Of a stretch of DNA of 64,000 bases, positions 52,501 through 64,000 are shown piece after piece. Position numbers and translations under genes: made by a program. The DNA comes from the human T2T-CHM13v2.0 reference genome, Homo sapiens. The stretch lies in the NCBI RefSeq assembly GCF_009914755.1, contig NC_060947.1, one strand, 5' to 3'. Each line of letters begins with the position of its first letter. Within the stretch, counting starts at the first letter, position 1. The notes beneath the pieces were generated by a model. That model saw only the letters and a program-made list of their open reading frames with translations, did no database searches and was not told where the DNA came from.

Positions 52501-55500
52501 CCTTGCAGATTCCAAAGAAAGAGGGTTTCAAAACTGCTCCATCAGAAGGATTGTTCAACTCTGTGAGTTGAATGCAGTCATCGCAGAAAACTTTCTGAGA
52601 ATGCTTCTGTCTAGGTTTGATGTGAAGATATAGATGTTTCAAACGAAGGCTACAAAGTGGTCAAAATATACACTTGCAGATTCTACTACAAGGGTGTTGC
52701 AAACCTGAACTATCAAAGGAAGGTTCAACTCTGTGAGTTGAATACAAACATCACAAAGAATGTTCTGAGTTTGCTTCCGTTCAGTTATGGGAAGTTGATC
52801 CCGTTTCCAACGAAATCCTCAGAGAGGTCCAAATATCCCCTTGCAGATTCTACAAAACGTGTGTTTGGAAACTGCTCCATCATAACGAATGTTCAGCTCC
52901 CTGAGTTAAACTCCATCGTCACAAAGAATTTTCTGAGAGTGCTACCGTCTGGTTTTTATATGAAGTTCTTTCCTTCACTACCACAGGCCTCAAAGCGGTC
53001 CAAATCTCCACTTGCAGATTCTACAAAAAGAGTGTTTGCAAACTGCTCTATCAAAAGGAATGTTCAACTCTGGGAGTTGAATGCAATCATCACAGAGCAG
53101 TTTCTGAGAATGCTTCTATGTCGTTTTTAGGAGAAGATATTTCCTTTTCCAACACAATCCTCCAAGCCCGCTAAATAGCCACTTGCACATTGTAGAAAAA
53201 GTGTGTCAAAGCTGCGCTATCAAAGGGAAAGTTCAACTCTGTGAGGTGAATGCAAACATCCCAAAGAAGTTTCTGAGAATGCTTCCGTTTAGCTTTTAGG
53301 TGAAGATTATCCCGTTTCCAACGAAACCTTCAAAGAGGTCCAAATATCCCCTTGCGGATCCCACAGAAAGAGTGTTTCGAAACTGCTGTTTCAAAAGGAA
53401 TCTTCAACTCTGTGAGTTGAATGCAATCATCACAAAGAAGTTTCTGACAATGCTTCTCTCTCGTCTTTCTGTGAAGATAAAGGAAAAGGCTTTCAGGCCT
53501 TTTCCACCACAGGCCTGAAAGCGCTCCAAATGTCCACTTGCAGATTCTGCCAAAAGAATATTTCAAAACTGCTCTATGAAAAGCAATGTTAAACTCTGTG
53601 GCTGGAACACAAACATCACAAAGCGGTTTCTGAGAATGTTTCAGTTTAGTTTTTCTGTGGAAATATTCCCGTTTCCAAAGAAATCTTCAAAGAGGTCCAC
53701 GTATCCACTTACAGATTCTACAAAAAGACAGTTTCAAAACTGCTCCATCAAAAGGAGGGTTCAACTGTGTGACTTGAATGCAATCATCACTCAGAAGTTT
53801 CTGAGAATGCTTCTCTTTAGTTTTTACGTGAACATATACCCGTTTCGAACGAAGGCCACCCAGTGGTCCAAATATCCACTTGCAGATTCTACAGAAAGAG
53901 TGTTTCGAACCTGAACTCTCAAAGGCAGGTTCATCTCTGCGAGTTAAATGCATTCATCATGAAGAACTTTCTCAGAGTGTTTGTGTTTAGTTATGGGAAA
54001 TTATTCCCGTTTCCAACGAAATCCTCAGAGAGCTCCAAATATCCACCTGCAGATTCTACCAAAAGTGTATTTGGAAACTGCTCCATCAAAAGGCATGTTC
54101 AGCTCTGTGAGTGAAACTCCATCATCACAAAGAATATTCTGAGAATGCTTCCGTTTGCCTTTTATATGAAGTTCCTTCCTGTACTACCGTAGGCCTCAAA
54201 GCAGTCCAAATCTCCATTTGCAGATTCTATAAAAAGAGTGATTCCAATCTGCTCTATCAATAGGATTGTTCAACTCCATGAGTTGAATGCCATCCTCACA
54301 AAGTAGTTTCTGAGAATGCTTCTATCTGGTTTTTGTGTGAAGATATTTCCTTTTCCACCACAGGCCTCAAAGCCCTCCAAACGTCCACTTGCAGATTCTC
54401 GAAAAAGAGTGTTTCATAGCTGCTCTTTCAAAAGGAAAGTTCAACTCTGGGAGTTGAATACAAACATCACAAAGTAGTTTCCGAGAATGCTTCTGTTTAG
54501 TTTTTATGTGAGGATGATCCCGTTTCCAGTGAAATCTTCAAAGAGGTCCACATATCCCCTTGCAGATTCCAAAGAAAGAGGGTTTCAAAACTGCTCCATC
54601 AGAAGGATTGTTCAACTCTGTGAGTTGAATGCAGTCATCGCAGAAAACTTTCTGAGAATGCTTCTGTCTAGGTTTGATGTGAAGATATAGACGTTTCAAA
54701 CGAAGGCTACAAAGTGGTCAAAATATACACTTGCAGATTCTACTACAAGGGTGTTGCAAACCTGAACTATCAAAGGAAGGTTCAACTCTGTGAGTTGAAT
54801 ACAAACATCACAAAGAATGTTCTGAGTTTGCTTCCGTTCAGTTATGGGAAGTTGATCCCGTTTCCAACGAAATCCTCAGAGAGGTCCAAATATCCCCTTG
54901 CAGATTCTACAAAACGTGTGTTTGGAAACTGCTCCATCATAACGAATGTTCAGCTCCCTGAGTTAAACTCCATCGTCACAAAGAATTTTCTGAGAGTGCT
55001 ACCGTCTGGTTTTTATATGAAGTTCTTTCCTTCACTACCACAGGCCTCAAAGCGGTCCAAATCTCCACTTGCAGATTCTACAAAAAGAGTGTTTGCAAAC
55101 TGCTCTATCAAAAGGAATGTTCAACTCTGGGAGTTGAATGCAATCATCACAGAGCAGTTTCTGAGAATGCTTCTATGTCGTTTTTAGGAGAAGATATTTC
55201 CTTTTCCAACACAGTCCTCCAAGCCCGCTAAATAGCCACTTGCACATTGTAGAAAAAGTGTGTCAAAGCTGCGCTATCAAAGGGAAAGTTCAACTCTGTG
55301 AGGTGAATGCAAACATCCCAAAGAAGTTTCTGAGAATGCTTCCGTTTAGCTTTTAGGTGAAGATTATCCCGTTTCCAACGAAACCTTCAAAGAGGTCCAA
55401 ATATCCCCTTGCGGATCCCACAGAAAGAGTGTTTCGAAACTGCTGTTTCAAAAGGAATCTTCAACTCTGTGAGTTGAATGCAATCATCACAAAGAAGTTT

Positions 55501-58002
55501 CTGACAATGCTTCTCTCTCGTCTTTCTGTGAAGATAAAGGAAAAGGCTTTCAGGCCTTTTCCACCACAGGCCTGAAAGCGCTCCAAATGTCCACTTGCAG
55601 ATTCTGCCAAAAGAATATTTCAAAACTGCTCTATGAAAAGCAATGTTAAACTCTGTGGCTCGAACACAAACATCACAAAGCGGTTTCTGAGAATGCTTCA
55701 GTTTAGTTTTTCTGTGGAAATATTCCCGTTTCCAAAGAAATCTTCAAAGAGGTCCACGTATCCACTTACAGATTCTACAAAAAGACAGTTTCAAAACTGC
55801 TCCATCAAAAGGAGGGTTCAACTGTGTGACTTGAATGCAATCATCACTCAGAAGTTTCTGAGAATGCTTCTCTTTAGTTTTTACGTGAACATATACCCGT
55901 TTCGAACGAAGGCCACCCAGTGGTCCAAATATCCACTTGCAGATTCTACAGAAAGAGTGTTTCGAACCTGAACTCTCAAAGGCAGGTTCATCTCTGCGAG
56001 TTAAATGCATTCATCATGAAGAACTTTCTCAGAGTATTTGTGTTTAGTTATGGGAAATTATTCCCGTTTCCAAAGAAATCCTCAGAGAGCTCCAAATATC
56101 CACCTGCAGATTCTACCAAAAGTGTATTTGGAAACTGCTCCATCAAAAGGCATGTTCAGCTCTGTGAGTGAAACTCCATCATCACAAAGAATATTCTGAG
56201 AATGCTTCCGTTTGCCTTTTATATGAAGTTCCTTCCTGTACTACCGTAGGCCTCAAAGCAGTCCAAATCTCCATTTGCAGATTCTACAAAAAGAGTGATT
56301 CCAATCTGCTCTATCAATAGGATTGTTCAACTCCATGAGTTGAATGCCATCCTCACAAAGTAGTTTCTGAGAATGCTTCTATCTGGTTTTTGTGTGAAGA
56401 TATTTCCTTTTCCACCACAGGCCTCAAAGCCCTCCAAACGTCCACTTGCAGATTCTCGAAAAAGAGTGTTTCATAGCTGCTCTTTCAAAAGGAAAGTTCA
56501 ACTCTGGGAGTTGAATACAAACATCACAAAATAGTTTCCGAGAATGCTTCAGTTTAGTTTTTATGTGAAGATGATCCCGTTTCCAGTGAAATCTTCAAAG
56601 AGGTCCACATATCCCCTTGCAGATTCCAAAGAAAGAGGGTTTCAAAACTGCTCCATCAGAAGGATTGTTCAACTCTGTGAGTTGAATGCAGTCATCGCAG
56701 AAAACTTTCTGAGAATGCTTCTGTCTAGGTTTGATGTGAAGATATAGATGTTTCAAACGAAGGCTACAAAGTGGTCAAAATATACACTTGCAGATTCTAC
56801 TACAAGGGTGTTGCAAACCTGAACTATCAAAGGAAGGTTCAACTCTGTGAGTTGAATACAAACATCACAAAGAATGTTCTGAGTTTGCTTCCGTTCAGTT
56901 ATGGGAAGTTGATCCCGTTTCCAACGAAATCCTCAGAGAGGTCCAAATATCCCCTTGCAGATTCTACAAAACGTGTGTTTGGAAACTGCTCCATCATAAC
57001 GAATGTTCAGCTCCCTGAGTTAAACTCCATCGTCACAAAGAATTTTCTGAGAGTGCTACCGTCTGGTTTTTATATGAAGTTCTTTCCTTCACTACCACAG
57101 GCCTCAAAGCGGTCCAAATCTCCACTTGCAGATTCTACAAAAAGAGTGTTTGCAAACTGCTCTATCAAAAGGAATGTTCAACTCTGGGAGTTGAATGCAA
57201 TCATCACAGAGCAGTTTCTGAGAATGCTTCTATGTCGTTTTTAGGAGAAGATATTTCCTTTTCCAACACAATCCTCCAAGCCCGCTAAATAGCCACTTGC
57301 ACATTGTAGAAAAAGTGTGTCAAAGCTGCGCTATCAAAGGGAAAGTTCAACTCTGTGAGGTGAATGCAAACATCCCAAAGAAGTTTCTGAGAATGCTTCC
57401 GTTTAGCTTTTAGGTGAAGATTATCCCGTTTCCAACGAAACCTTCAAAGAGGTCCAAATATCCCCTTGCGGATCCCACAGAAAGAGTGTTTCGAAACTGC
57501 TGTTTCAAAAGGAATCTTCAACTCTGTGAGTTGAATGCAATCATCACAAAGAAGTTTCTGACAATGCTTCTCTCTCGTCTTTCTGTGAAGATAAAGGAAA
57601 AGGCTTTCAGGCCTTTTCCACCACAGGCCTGAAAGCGCTCCAAATGTCCACTTGCAGATTCTGCCAAAAGAATATTTCAAAACTGCTCTATGAAAAGCAA
57701 TGTTAAACTCTGTGGCTGGAACACAAACATCACAAAGCGGTTTCTGAGAATGTTTCAGTTTAGTTTTTCTGTGGAAATATTCCCGTTTCCAAAGAAATCT
57801 TCAAAGAGGTCCACGTATCCACTTACAGATTCTACAAAAAGACAGTTTCAAAACTGCTCCATCAAAAGGAGGGTTCAACTGTGTGACTTGAATGCAATCA
57901 TCACTCAGAAGTTTCTGAGAATGCTTCTCTTTAGTTTTTACGTGAACATATACCCGTTTCGAACGAAGGCCACCCAGTGGTCCAAATATCCACTTGCAGA
58001 TT
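49527..58002. repeat. Tandem duplication of a two-HOR (4113/4114 bp) block
   Basis: Private GTGAGGATG variant at 50399/54512 plus a matching ordered series of variants. Bounded by mismatches at 49526/53639 and 53889/58003. Confidence 0.8.
51300..53355 (-). repeat. 2056-bp unit with a 1-bp deletion (T) at ~51807
   Basis: CACCCAGGGTCC versus canonical CACCCAGTGGTCC. Confidence 0.85.
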
Positions 58003-59355
58003 ATACAGAAAGAGTGTTTCGAACCTGAACTCTCAAAGGCAGGTTCATCTCTGCGAGTTAAATGCATTCATCATGAAGAACTTTCTCAGAGTGTTTGTGT
58101 TTAGTTATGGGAAATTATTCCCGTTTCCAACGAAATCCTCAGAGAGCTCCAAATATCCACCTGCAGATTCTACCAAAAGTGTATTTGGAAACTGCTCCAT
58201 CAAAAGGCATGTTCAGCTCTGTGAGTGAAACTCCATCATCACAAAGAATATTCTGAGAATGCTTCCGTTTGCCTTTTATATGAAGTTCCTTCCTGTACTA
58301 CCGTAGGCCTCAAAGCAGTCCAAATCTCCATTTGCAGATTCTACAAAAAGAGTGATTCCAATCTGCTCTATCAATAGGATTGTTCAACTCCATGAGTTGA
58401 ATGCCATCCTCACAAAGTAGTTTCCGAGAATGCTTCTGTTTAGTTTTTATGTGAAGATGATCCCGTTTCCAGTGAAATCTTCAAAGAGGTCCACATATCC
58501 CCTTGCAGATTCCAAAGAAAGAGGGTTTCAAAACTGCTCCATCAGAAGGATTGTTCAACTCTGTGAGTTGAATGCAGTCATCGCAGAAAACTTTCTGAGA
58601 ATGCTTCTGTCTAGGTTTGATGTGAAGATATAGATGTTTCAAACGAAGGCTACAAAGTGGTCAAAATATACACTTGCAGATTCTACTACAAGGGTGTTGC
58701 AAACCTGAACTATCAAAGGAAGGTTCAACTCTGTGAGTTGAATACAAACATCACAAAGAATGTTCTGAGTTTGCTTCCGTTCAGTTATGGGAAGTTGATC
58801 CCGTTTCCAACGAAATCCTCAGAGAGGTCCAAATATCCCCTTGCAGATTCTACAAAACGTGTGTTTGGAAACTGCTCCATCATAACGAATGTTCAGCTCC
58901 CTGAGTTAAACTCCATCGTCACAAAGAATTTTCTGAGAGTGCTACCGTCTGGTTTTTATATGAAGTTCTTTCCTTCACTACCACAGGCCTCAAAGCGGTC
59001 CAAATCTCCACTTGCAGATTCTACAAAAAGAGTGTTTGCAAACTGCTCTATCAAAAGGAATGTTCAACTCTGGGAGTTGAATGCAATCATCACAGAGCAG
59101 TTTCTGAGAATGCTTCTATGTCGTTTTTAGGAGAAGATATTTCCTTTTCCAACACAGTCCTCCAAGCCCGCTAAATAGCCACTTGCACATTGTAGAAAAA
59201 GTGTGTCAAAGCTGCGCTATCAAAGGGAAAGTTCAACTCTGTGAGGTGAATGCAAACATCCCAAAGAAGTTTCTGAGAATGCTTCCGTTTAGCTTTTAGG
59301 TGAGGATTATCCCGTTTCCAACGAAACCTTCAAAGAGGTCCAAATATCCCCTTGC
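57470..59355 (-). repeat. 11-mer HOR variant (1886 bp, 171-bp one-monomer deletion), junction within 58410-58424
   Basis: BamHI spacing 1886. Hybrid GCCATCCTCACAAAGTAGTTTC|CGAGAATGCTTCTGTTTAG. Confidence 0.93.
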
Positions 59356-62300
59356 GGATCCCACAGAAAGAGTGTTTCGAAACTGCTGTTTCAAAAGGAA
59401 TCTTCAACTCTGTGAGTTGAATGCAATCATCACAAAGAAGTTTCTGACAATGCTTCTCTCTCGTCTTTCTGTGAAGATAAAGGAAAAGGCTTTCAGGCCT
59501 TTTCCACCACAGGCCTGAAAGCGCTCCAAATGTCCACTTGCAGATTCTGCGAAAAGAATATTTCAAAACTGCTCTATGAAAAGCAATGTTAAACTCTGTG
59601 GCTCGAACACAAACATCACAAAGCAGTTTCTGAGAATGCTTCAGTTTAGTTTTTCTGTGGAAATATTCCCGTTTCCAAAGAAATCTTCAAAGAGGTCCAC
59701 GTATCCACTTACAGATTCTACAAAAAGACAGTTTCAAAACTGCTCCATCAAAAGGAGGGTTCAACTGTGTGACTTCAATGCAATCATCACTCAGAAGTTT
59801 CTGAGAATGCTTCTCTTTAGTTTTTACGTGAACATATACCCGTTTCGAACGAAGGCCACCCAGTGGTCCAAATATCCACTTGCAGATTATACAGAAAGAG
59901 TGTTTCGAACCTGAACTCTCAAAGGCAGGTTCATCTCTGCGAGTTAAATGCATTCATCATGAAGAACTTTCTCAGAGTATTTGTGTTTAGTTATGGGAAA
60001 TTATTCCCGTTTCCAAAGAAATCCTCAGAGAGCTCCAAATATCCACCTGCAGATTCTACCAAAAGTGTATTTGGAAACTGCTCCATCAAAAGGCATGTTC
60101 AGCTCTGTGAGTGAAACTCCATCATCACAAAGAATATTCTGAGAATGCTTCCGTTTGCCTTTTATATGAAGTTCCTTCCTGTACTACCGTAGGCCTCAAA
60201 GCAGTCCAAATCTCCATTTGCAGATTCTACAAAAAGAGTGATTCCAATCTGCTCTATCAATAGGATTGTTCAACTCCATGAGTTGAATGCCATCCTCACA
60301 AAGTAGTTTCTGAGAATGCTTCTATCTGGTTTTTGTGTGAAGATATTTCCTTTTCCACCACAGGCCTCAAAGCCCTCCAAACGTCCACTTGCAGATTCTC
60401 GAAAAAGAGTGTTTCATAGCTGCTCTTTCAAAAGGAAAGTTCAACTCTGGGAGTTGAATACAAACATCACAAAATAGTTTCCGAGAATGCTTCAGTTTAG
60501 TTTTTATGTGAAGATGATCCCGTTTCCAGTGAAATCTTCAAAGAGGTCCACATATCACCTTGCAGATTCCAAAGAAAGAGGGTTTCAAAACTGCTCCATC
60601 AGAAGGATTGTTCAACTCTGTGAGTTGAATGCAGTCATCGCAGAAAACTTTCTGAGAATGCTTCTGTCTAGGTTTGATGTGAAGATATAGATGTTTCAAA
60701 CGAAGGCTACAAAGTGGTCAAAATATACACTTGCAGATTCTACTACAAGGGTGTTGCAAACCTGAACTATCAAAGGAAGGTTCAACTCTGTGAGTTGAAT
60801 ACAAACATCACAAAGAATGTTCTGAGTTTGCTTCCGTTCAGTTATGGGAAGTTGATCCCGTTTCCAACGAAATCCTCAGAGAGGTCCAAATATCCCCTTG
60901 CAGATTCTACAAAACGTGGGTTTGGAAACTGCTCCATCATAACGAATGTTCAGCTCCCTGAGTTAAACTCCATCGTCACAAAGAATTTTCTGAGAGTGCT
61001 ACCGTCTGGTTTTTATATGAAGTTCTTTCCTTCACTACCACAGGCCTCAAAGCGGTCCAAATCTCCACTTGCAGATTCTACAAAAAGAGTGTTTGCAAAC
61101 TGCTCTATCAAAAGGAATGTTCAACTCTGGGAGTTGAATGCAATCATCACAGAGCAGTTTCTGAGAATGCTTCTATGTCGTTTTTAGGAGAAGATATTTC
61201 CTTTTCCAACACAATCCTCCAAGCCCGCTAAATAGCCACTTGCACATTGTAGAAAAAGTGTGTCAAAGCTGCGCTATCAAAGGGAAAGTTCAACTCTGTG
61301 AGGTGAATGCAAACATCCCAAAGAAGTTTCTGAGAATGCTTCCGTTTAGCTTTTAGGTGAAGATTATCCCGTTTCCAACGAAACCTTCAAAGAGGTCCAA
61401 ATATCCCCTTGCGGATCCCACAGAAAGAGTGTTTCGAAACTGCTGTTTCAAAAGGAATCTTCAACTCTGTGAGTTGAATGCAATCATCACAAAGAAGTTT
61501 CTGACAATGCTTCTCTCTCGTCTTTCTGTGAAGATAAAGGAAAAGGCTTTCAGGCCTTTTCCACCACAGGCCTGAAAGCGCTCCAAATGTCCACTTGCAG
61601 ATTCTGCCAAAAGAATATTTCAAAACTGCTCTATGAAAAGCAATGTTAAACTCTGTGGCTGGAACACAAACATCACAAAGCGGTTTCTGAGAATGTTTCA
61701 GTTTAGTTTTTCTGTGGAAATATTCCCGTTTCCAAAGAAATCTTCAAAGAGGTCCACGTATCCACTTACAGATTCTACAAAAAGACAGTTTCAAAACTGC
61801 TCCATCAAAAGGACGGTTCAACTGTGTGACTTGAATGCAATCATCACTCAGAAGTTTCTGAGAATGCTTCTCTTTAGTTTTTACGTGAACATATACCCGT
61901 TTCGAACGAAGGCCACCCAGTGGTCCAAATATCCACTTGCAGATTATACAGAAAGAGTGTTTCGAACCTGAACTCTCAAAGGCAGGTTCATCTCTGCGAG
62001 TTAAATGCATTCATCATGAAGAACTTTCTCAGAGTGTTTGTGTTTAGTTATGGGAAATTATTCCCGTTTCCAACGAAATCCTCAGAGAGCTCCAAATATC
62101 CACCTGCAGATTCTACCAAAAGTGTATTTGGAAACTGCTCCATCAAAAGGCATGTTCAGCTCTGTGAGTGAAACTCCATCATCACAAAGAATATTCTGAG
62201 AATGCTTCCGTTTGCCTTTTATATGAAGTTCCTTCCTGTACTACCGTAGGCCTCAAAGCAGTCCAAATCTCCATTTGCAGATTCTACAAAAAGAGTGATT

Positions 62301-64000
62301 CCAATCTGCTCTATCAATAGGATTGTTCAACTCCATGAGTTGAATGCCATCCTCACAAAGTAGTTTCTGAGAATGCTTCTATCTGGTTTTTGTGTGAAGA
62401 TATTTCCTTTTCCACCACAGGCCTCAAAGCCCTCCAAACGTCCACTTGCAGATTCTCGAAAAAGAGTGTTTCATAGCTGCTCTTTCAAAAGGAAAGTTCA
62501 ACTCTGGGAGTTGAATGCAAACATCACAAAATAGTTTCCGAGAATGCTTCTGTTTAGTTTTTATGTGAAGATGATCCCGTTTCCAGTGAAATCTTCAAAG
62601 AGGTCCACATATCCCCTTGCAGATTCCAAAGAAAGAGGGTTTCAAAACTGCTCCATCAGAAGGATTGTTCAACTCTGTGAGTTGAATGCAGTCATCGCAG
62701 AAAACTTTCTGAGAATGCTTCTGTCTAGGTTTGATGTGAAGATATAGACGTTTCAAACGAAGGCTACAAAGTGGTCAAAATATACACTTGCAGATTCTAC
62801 TACAAGGGTGTTGCAAACCTGAACTATCAAAGGAAGGTTCAACTCTGTGAGTTGAATACAAACATCACAAAGAATGTTCTGAGTTTGCTTCCGTTCAGTT
62901 ATGGGAAGTTGATCCCGTTTCCAACGAAATCCTCAGAGAGGTCCAAATATCCCCTCGCAGATTCTACAAAACGTGTGTTTGGAAACTGCTCCATCATAAC
63001 GAATGTTCAGCTCCCTGAGTTAAACTCCATCGTCACAAAGAATTTTCTGAGAGTGCTACCGTCTGGTTTTTATATGAAGTTCTTTCCTTCACTACCACAG
63101 GCCTCAAAGCGGTCCAAATCTCCACTTGCAGATTCTACAAAAAGAGTGTTTGCAAACTGCTCTATCAAAAGGAATGTTCAACTCTGGGAGTTGAATGCAA
63201 TCATCACAGAGCAGTTTCTGAGAATGCTTCTATGTCGTTTTTAGGAGAAGATATTTCCTTTTCCAACACAGTCCTCCAAGCCCGCTAAATAGCCACTTGC
63301 ACATTGTAGAAAAAGTGTGTCAAAGCTGCGCTATCAAAGGGAAAGTTCAACTCTGTGAGGTGAATGCAAACATCCCAAAGAAGTTTCTGAGAATGCTTCC
63401 GTTTAGCTTTTAGGTGAAGATTATCCCGTTTCCAACGAAACCTTCAAAGAGGTCCAAATATCCCCTTGCGGATCCCACAGAAAGAGTGTTTCGAAACTGC
63501 TGTTTCAAAAGGAATCTTCAACTCTGTGAGTTGAATGCAATCATCACAAAGAAGTTTCTGACAATGCTTCTCTCTCGTCTTTCTGTGAAGATAAAGGAAA
63601 AGGCTTTCAGGCCTTTTCCACCACAGGCCTGAAAGCGCTCCAAATGTCCACTTGCAGATTCTGCCAAAAGAATATTTCAAAACTGCTCTATGAAAAGCAA
63701 TGTTAAACTCTGCGGCTCGAACACAAACATCACAAAGCGGTTTCTGAGAATGCTTCAGTTTAGTTTTTCTGTGGAAATATTCCCGTTTCCAAAGAAATCT
63801 TCAAAGAGGTCCACGTATCCACTTACAGATTCTACAAAAAGACAGTTTCAAAACTGCTCCATCAAAAGGAGGGTTCAACCGTGTGACTTGAATGCAATCA
63901 TCACTCAGAAGTTTCTGAGAATGCTTCTCTTTAGTTTTTACGTGAACATATACCCGTTTCGAACGAAGGCCACCCAGTGGTCCAAATATCCACTTGCAGA

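Larger units (their letters stand above)
1..64000 (-). repeat. DXZ1: Alpha-satellite higher-order repeat array, 12-mer / 2057 bp, consistent with human X centromere DXZ1 (about 31 units, runs off both window ends)
   Basis: Seen: ~171-bp monomers with alphoid motifs (CTTGCAGATTCTACAAAAAGAGTGTTT, TTCAACTCTGTGAGTTGAATGC, TTTCTGAGAATGCTTC) and an exact 2057-bp recurrence of sequence and ORF track. Single GGATCC per unit at 560, 2617, 4674, 6730, 8787 ... 61413, 63470. Known: DXZ1 is a ~2.0-kb BamHI 12-mer HOR. Strand is assigned from CENP-B box orientation. Confidence 0.96.

Noticed and set aside
65-63680. About 200 ORFs of 62-157 aa recurring every 2057 bp
   Set aside because: These are translations of alpha-satellite monomers; 171 bp is divisible by 3, which produces ~57-aa internal repeats. 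They show no recognisable domain, overlap in several frames and strands, and gain or lose stops freely between units.
1-64000. CRISPR-like or variable-cassette system
   Set aside because: There are no unique spacers; all sequence between conserved motifs is itself repeated, and no associated genes are present.
1-64000. L1/Alu insertion or inversion within the array
   Set aside because: BamHI spacings account exactly for 560-63470 (26x2057 + 2x2056 + 2x1715 + 1886). There is no poly-A tail or foreign sequence, and box orientation is constant.
1-64000. Location of the active kinetochore / hypomethylated CENP-A domain
   Set aside because: It is epigenetically defined and cannot be read from sequence; methylation or CENP-A mapping data would be needed.

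Overview
The whole 64 kb window is primate centromeric alpha-satellite DNA. It is one uninterrupted, single-orientation higher-order repeat (HOR) array of ~171-bp monomers, with a 12-monomer, 2057-bp unit and one BamHI site per unit. These properties match human chromosome X DXZ1 (suprachromosomal family 3, pentameric ancestry). The 32 BamHI sites (560 to 63470) give 31 intervals: 26 of 2057 bp, two of 2056 bp (1-bp deletions), two of 1715 bp (10-mers) and one of 1886 bp (11-mer). CENP-B boxes read on the minus strand: four intact and three degenerate box positions per canonical unit. I see no genes, RNA genes, transposon insertions or inversions; all listed ORFs are repeat artefacts. I found no new protein-coding or CRISPR-like system. 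The notable signal is structural and evolutionary: two competing hairpins in the 186-bp monomer, deletion variants that share a right-hand breakpoint and spare every CENP-B box, nested tandem and dispersed block duplications, and repeated loss of one particular CENP-B box. All comparisons were made by eye and need confirming by alignment.
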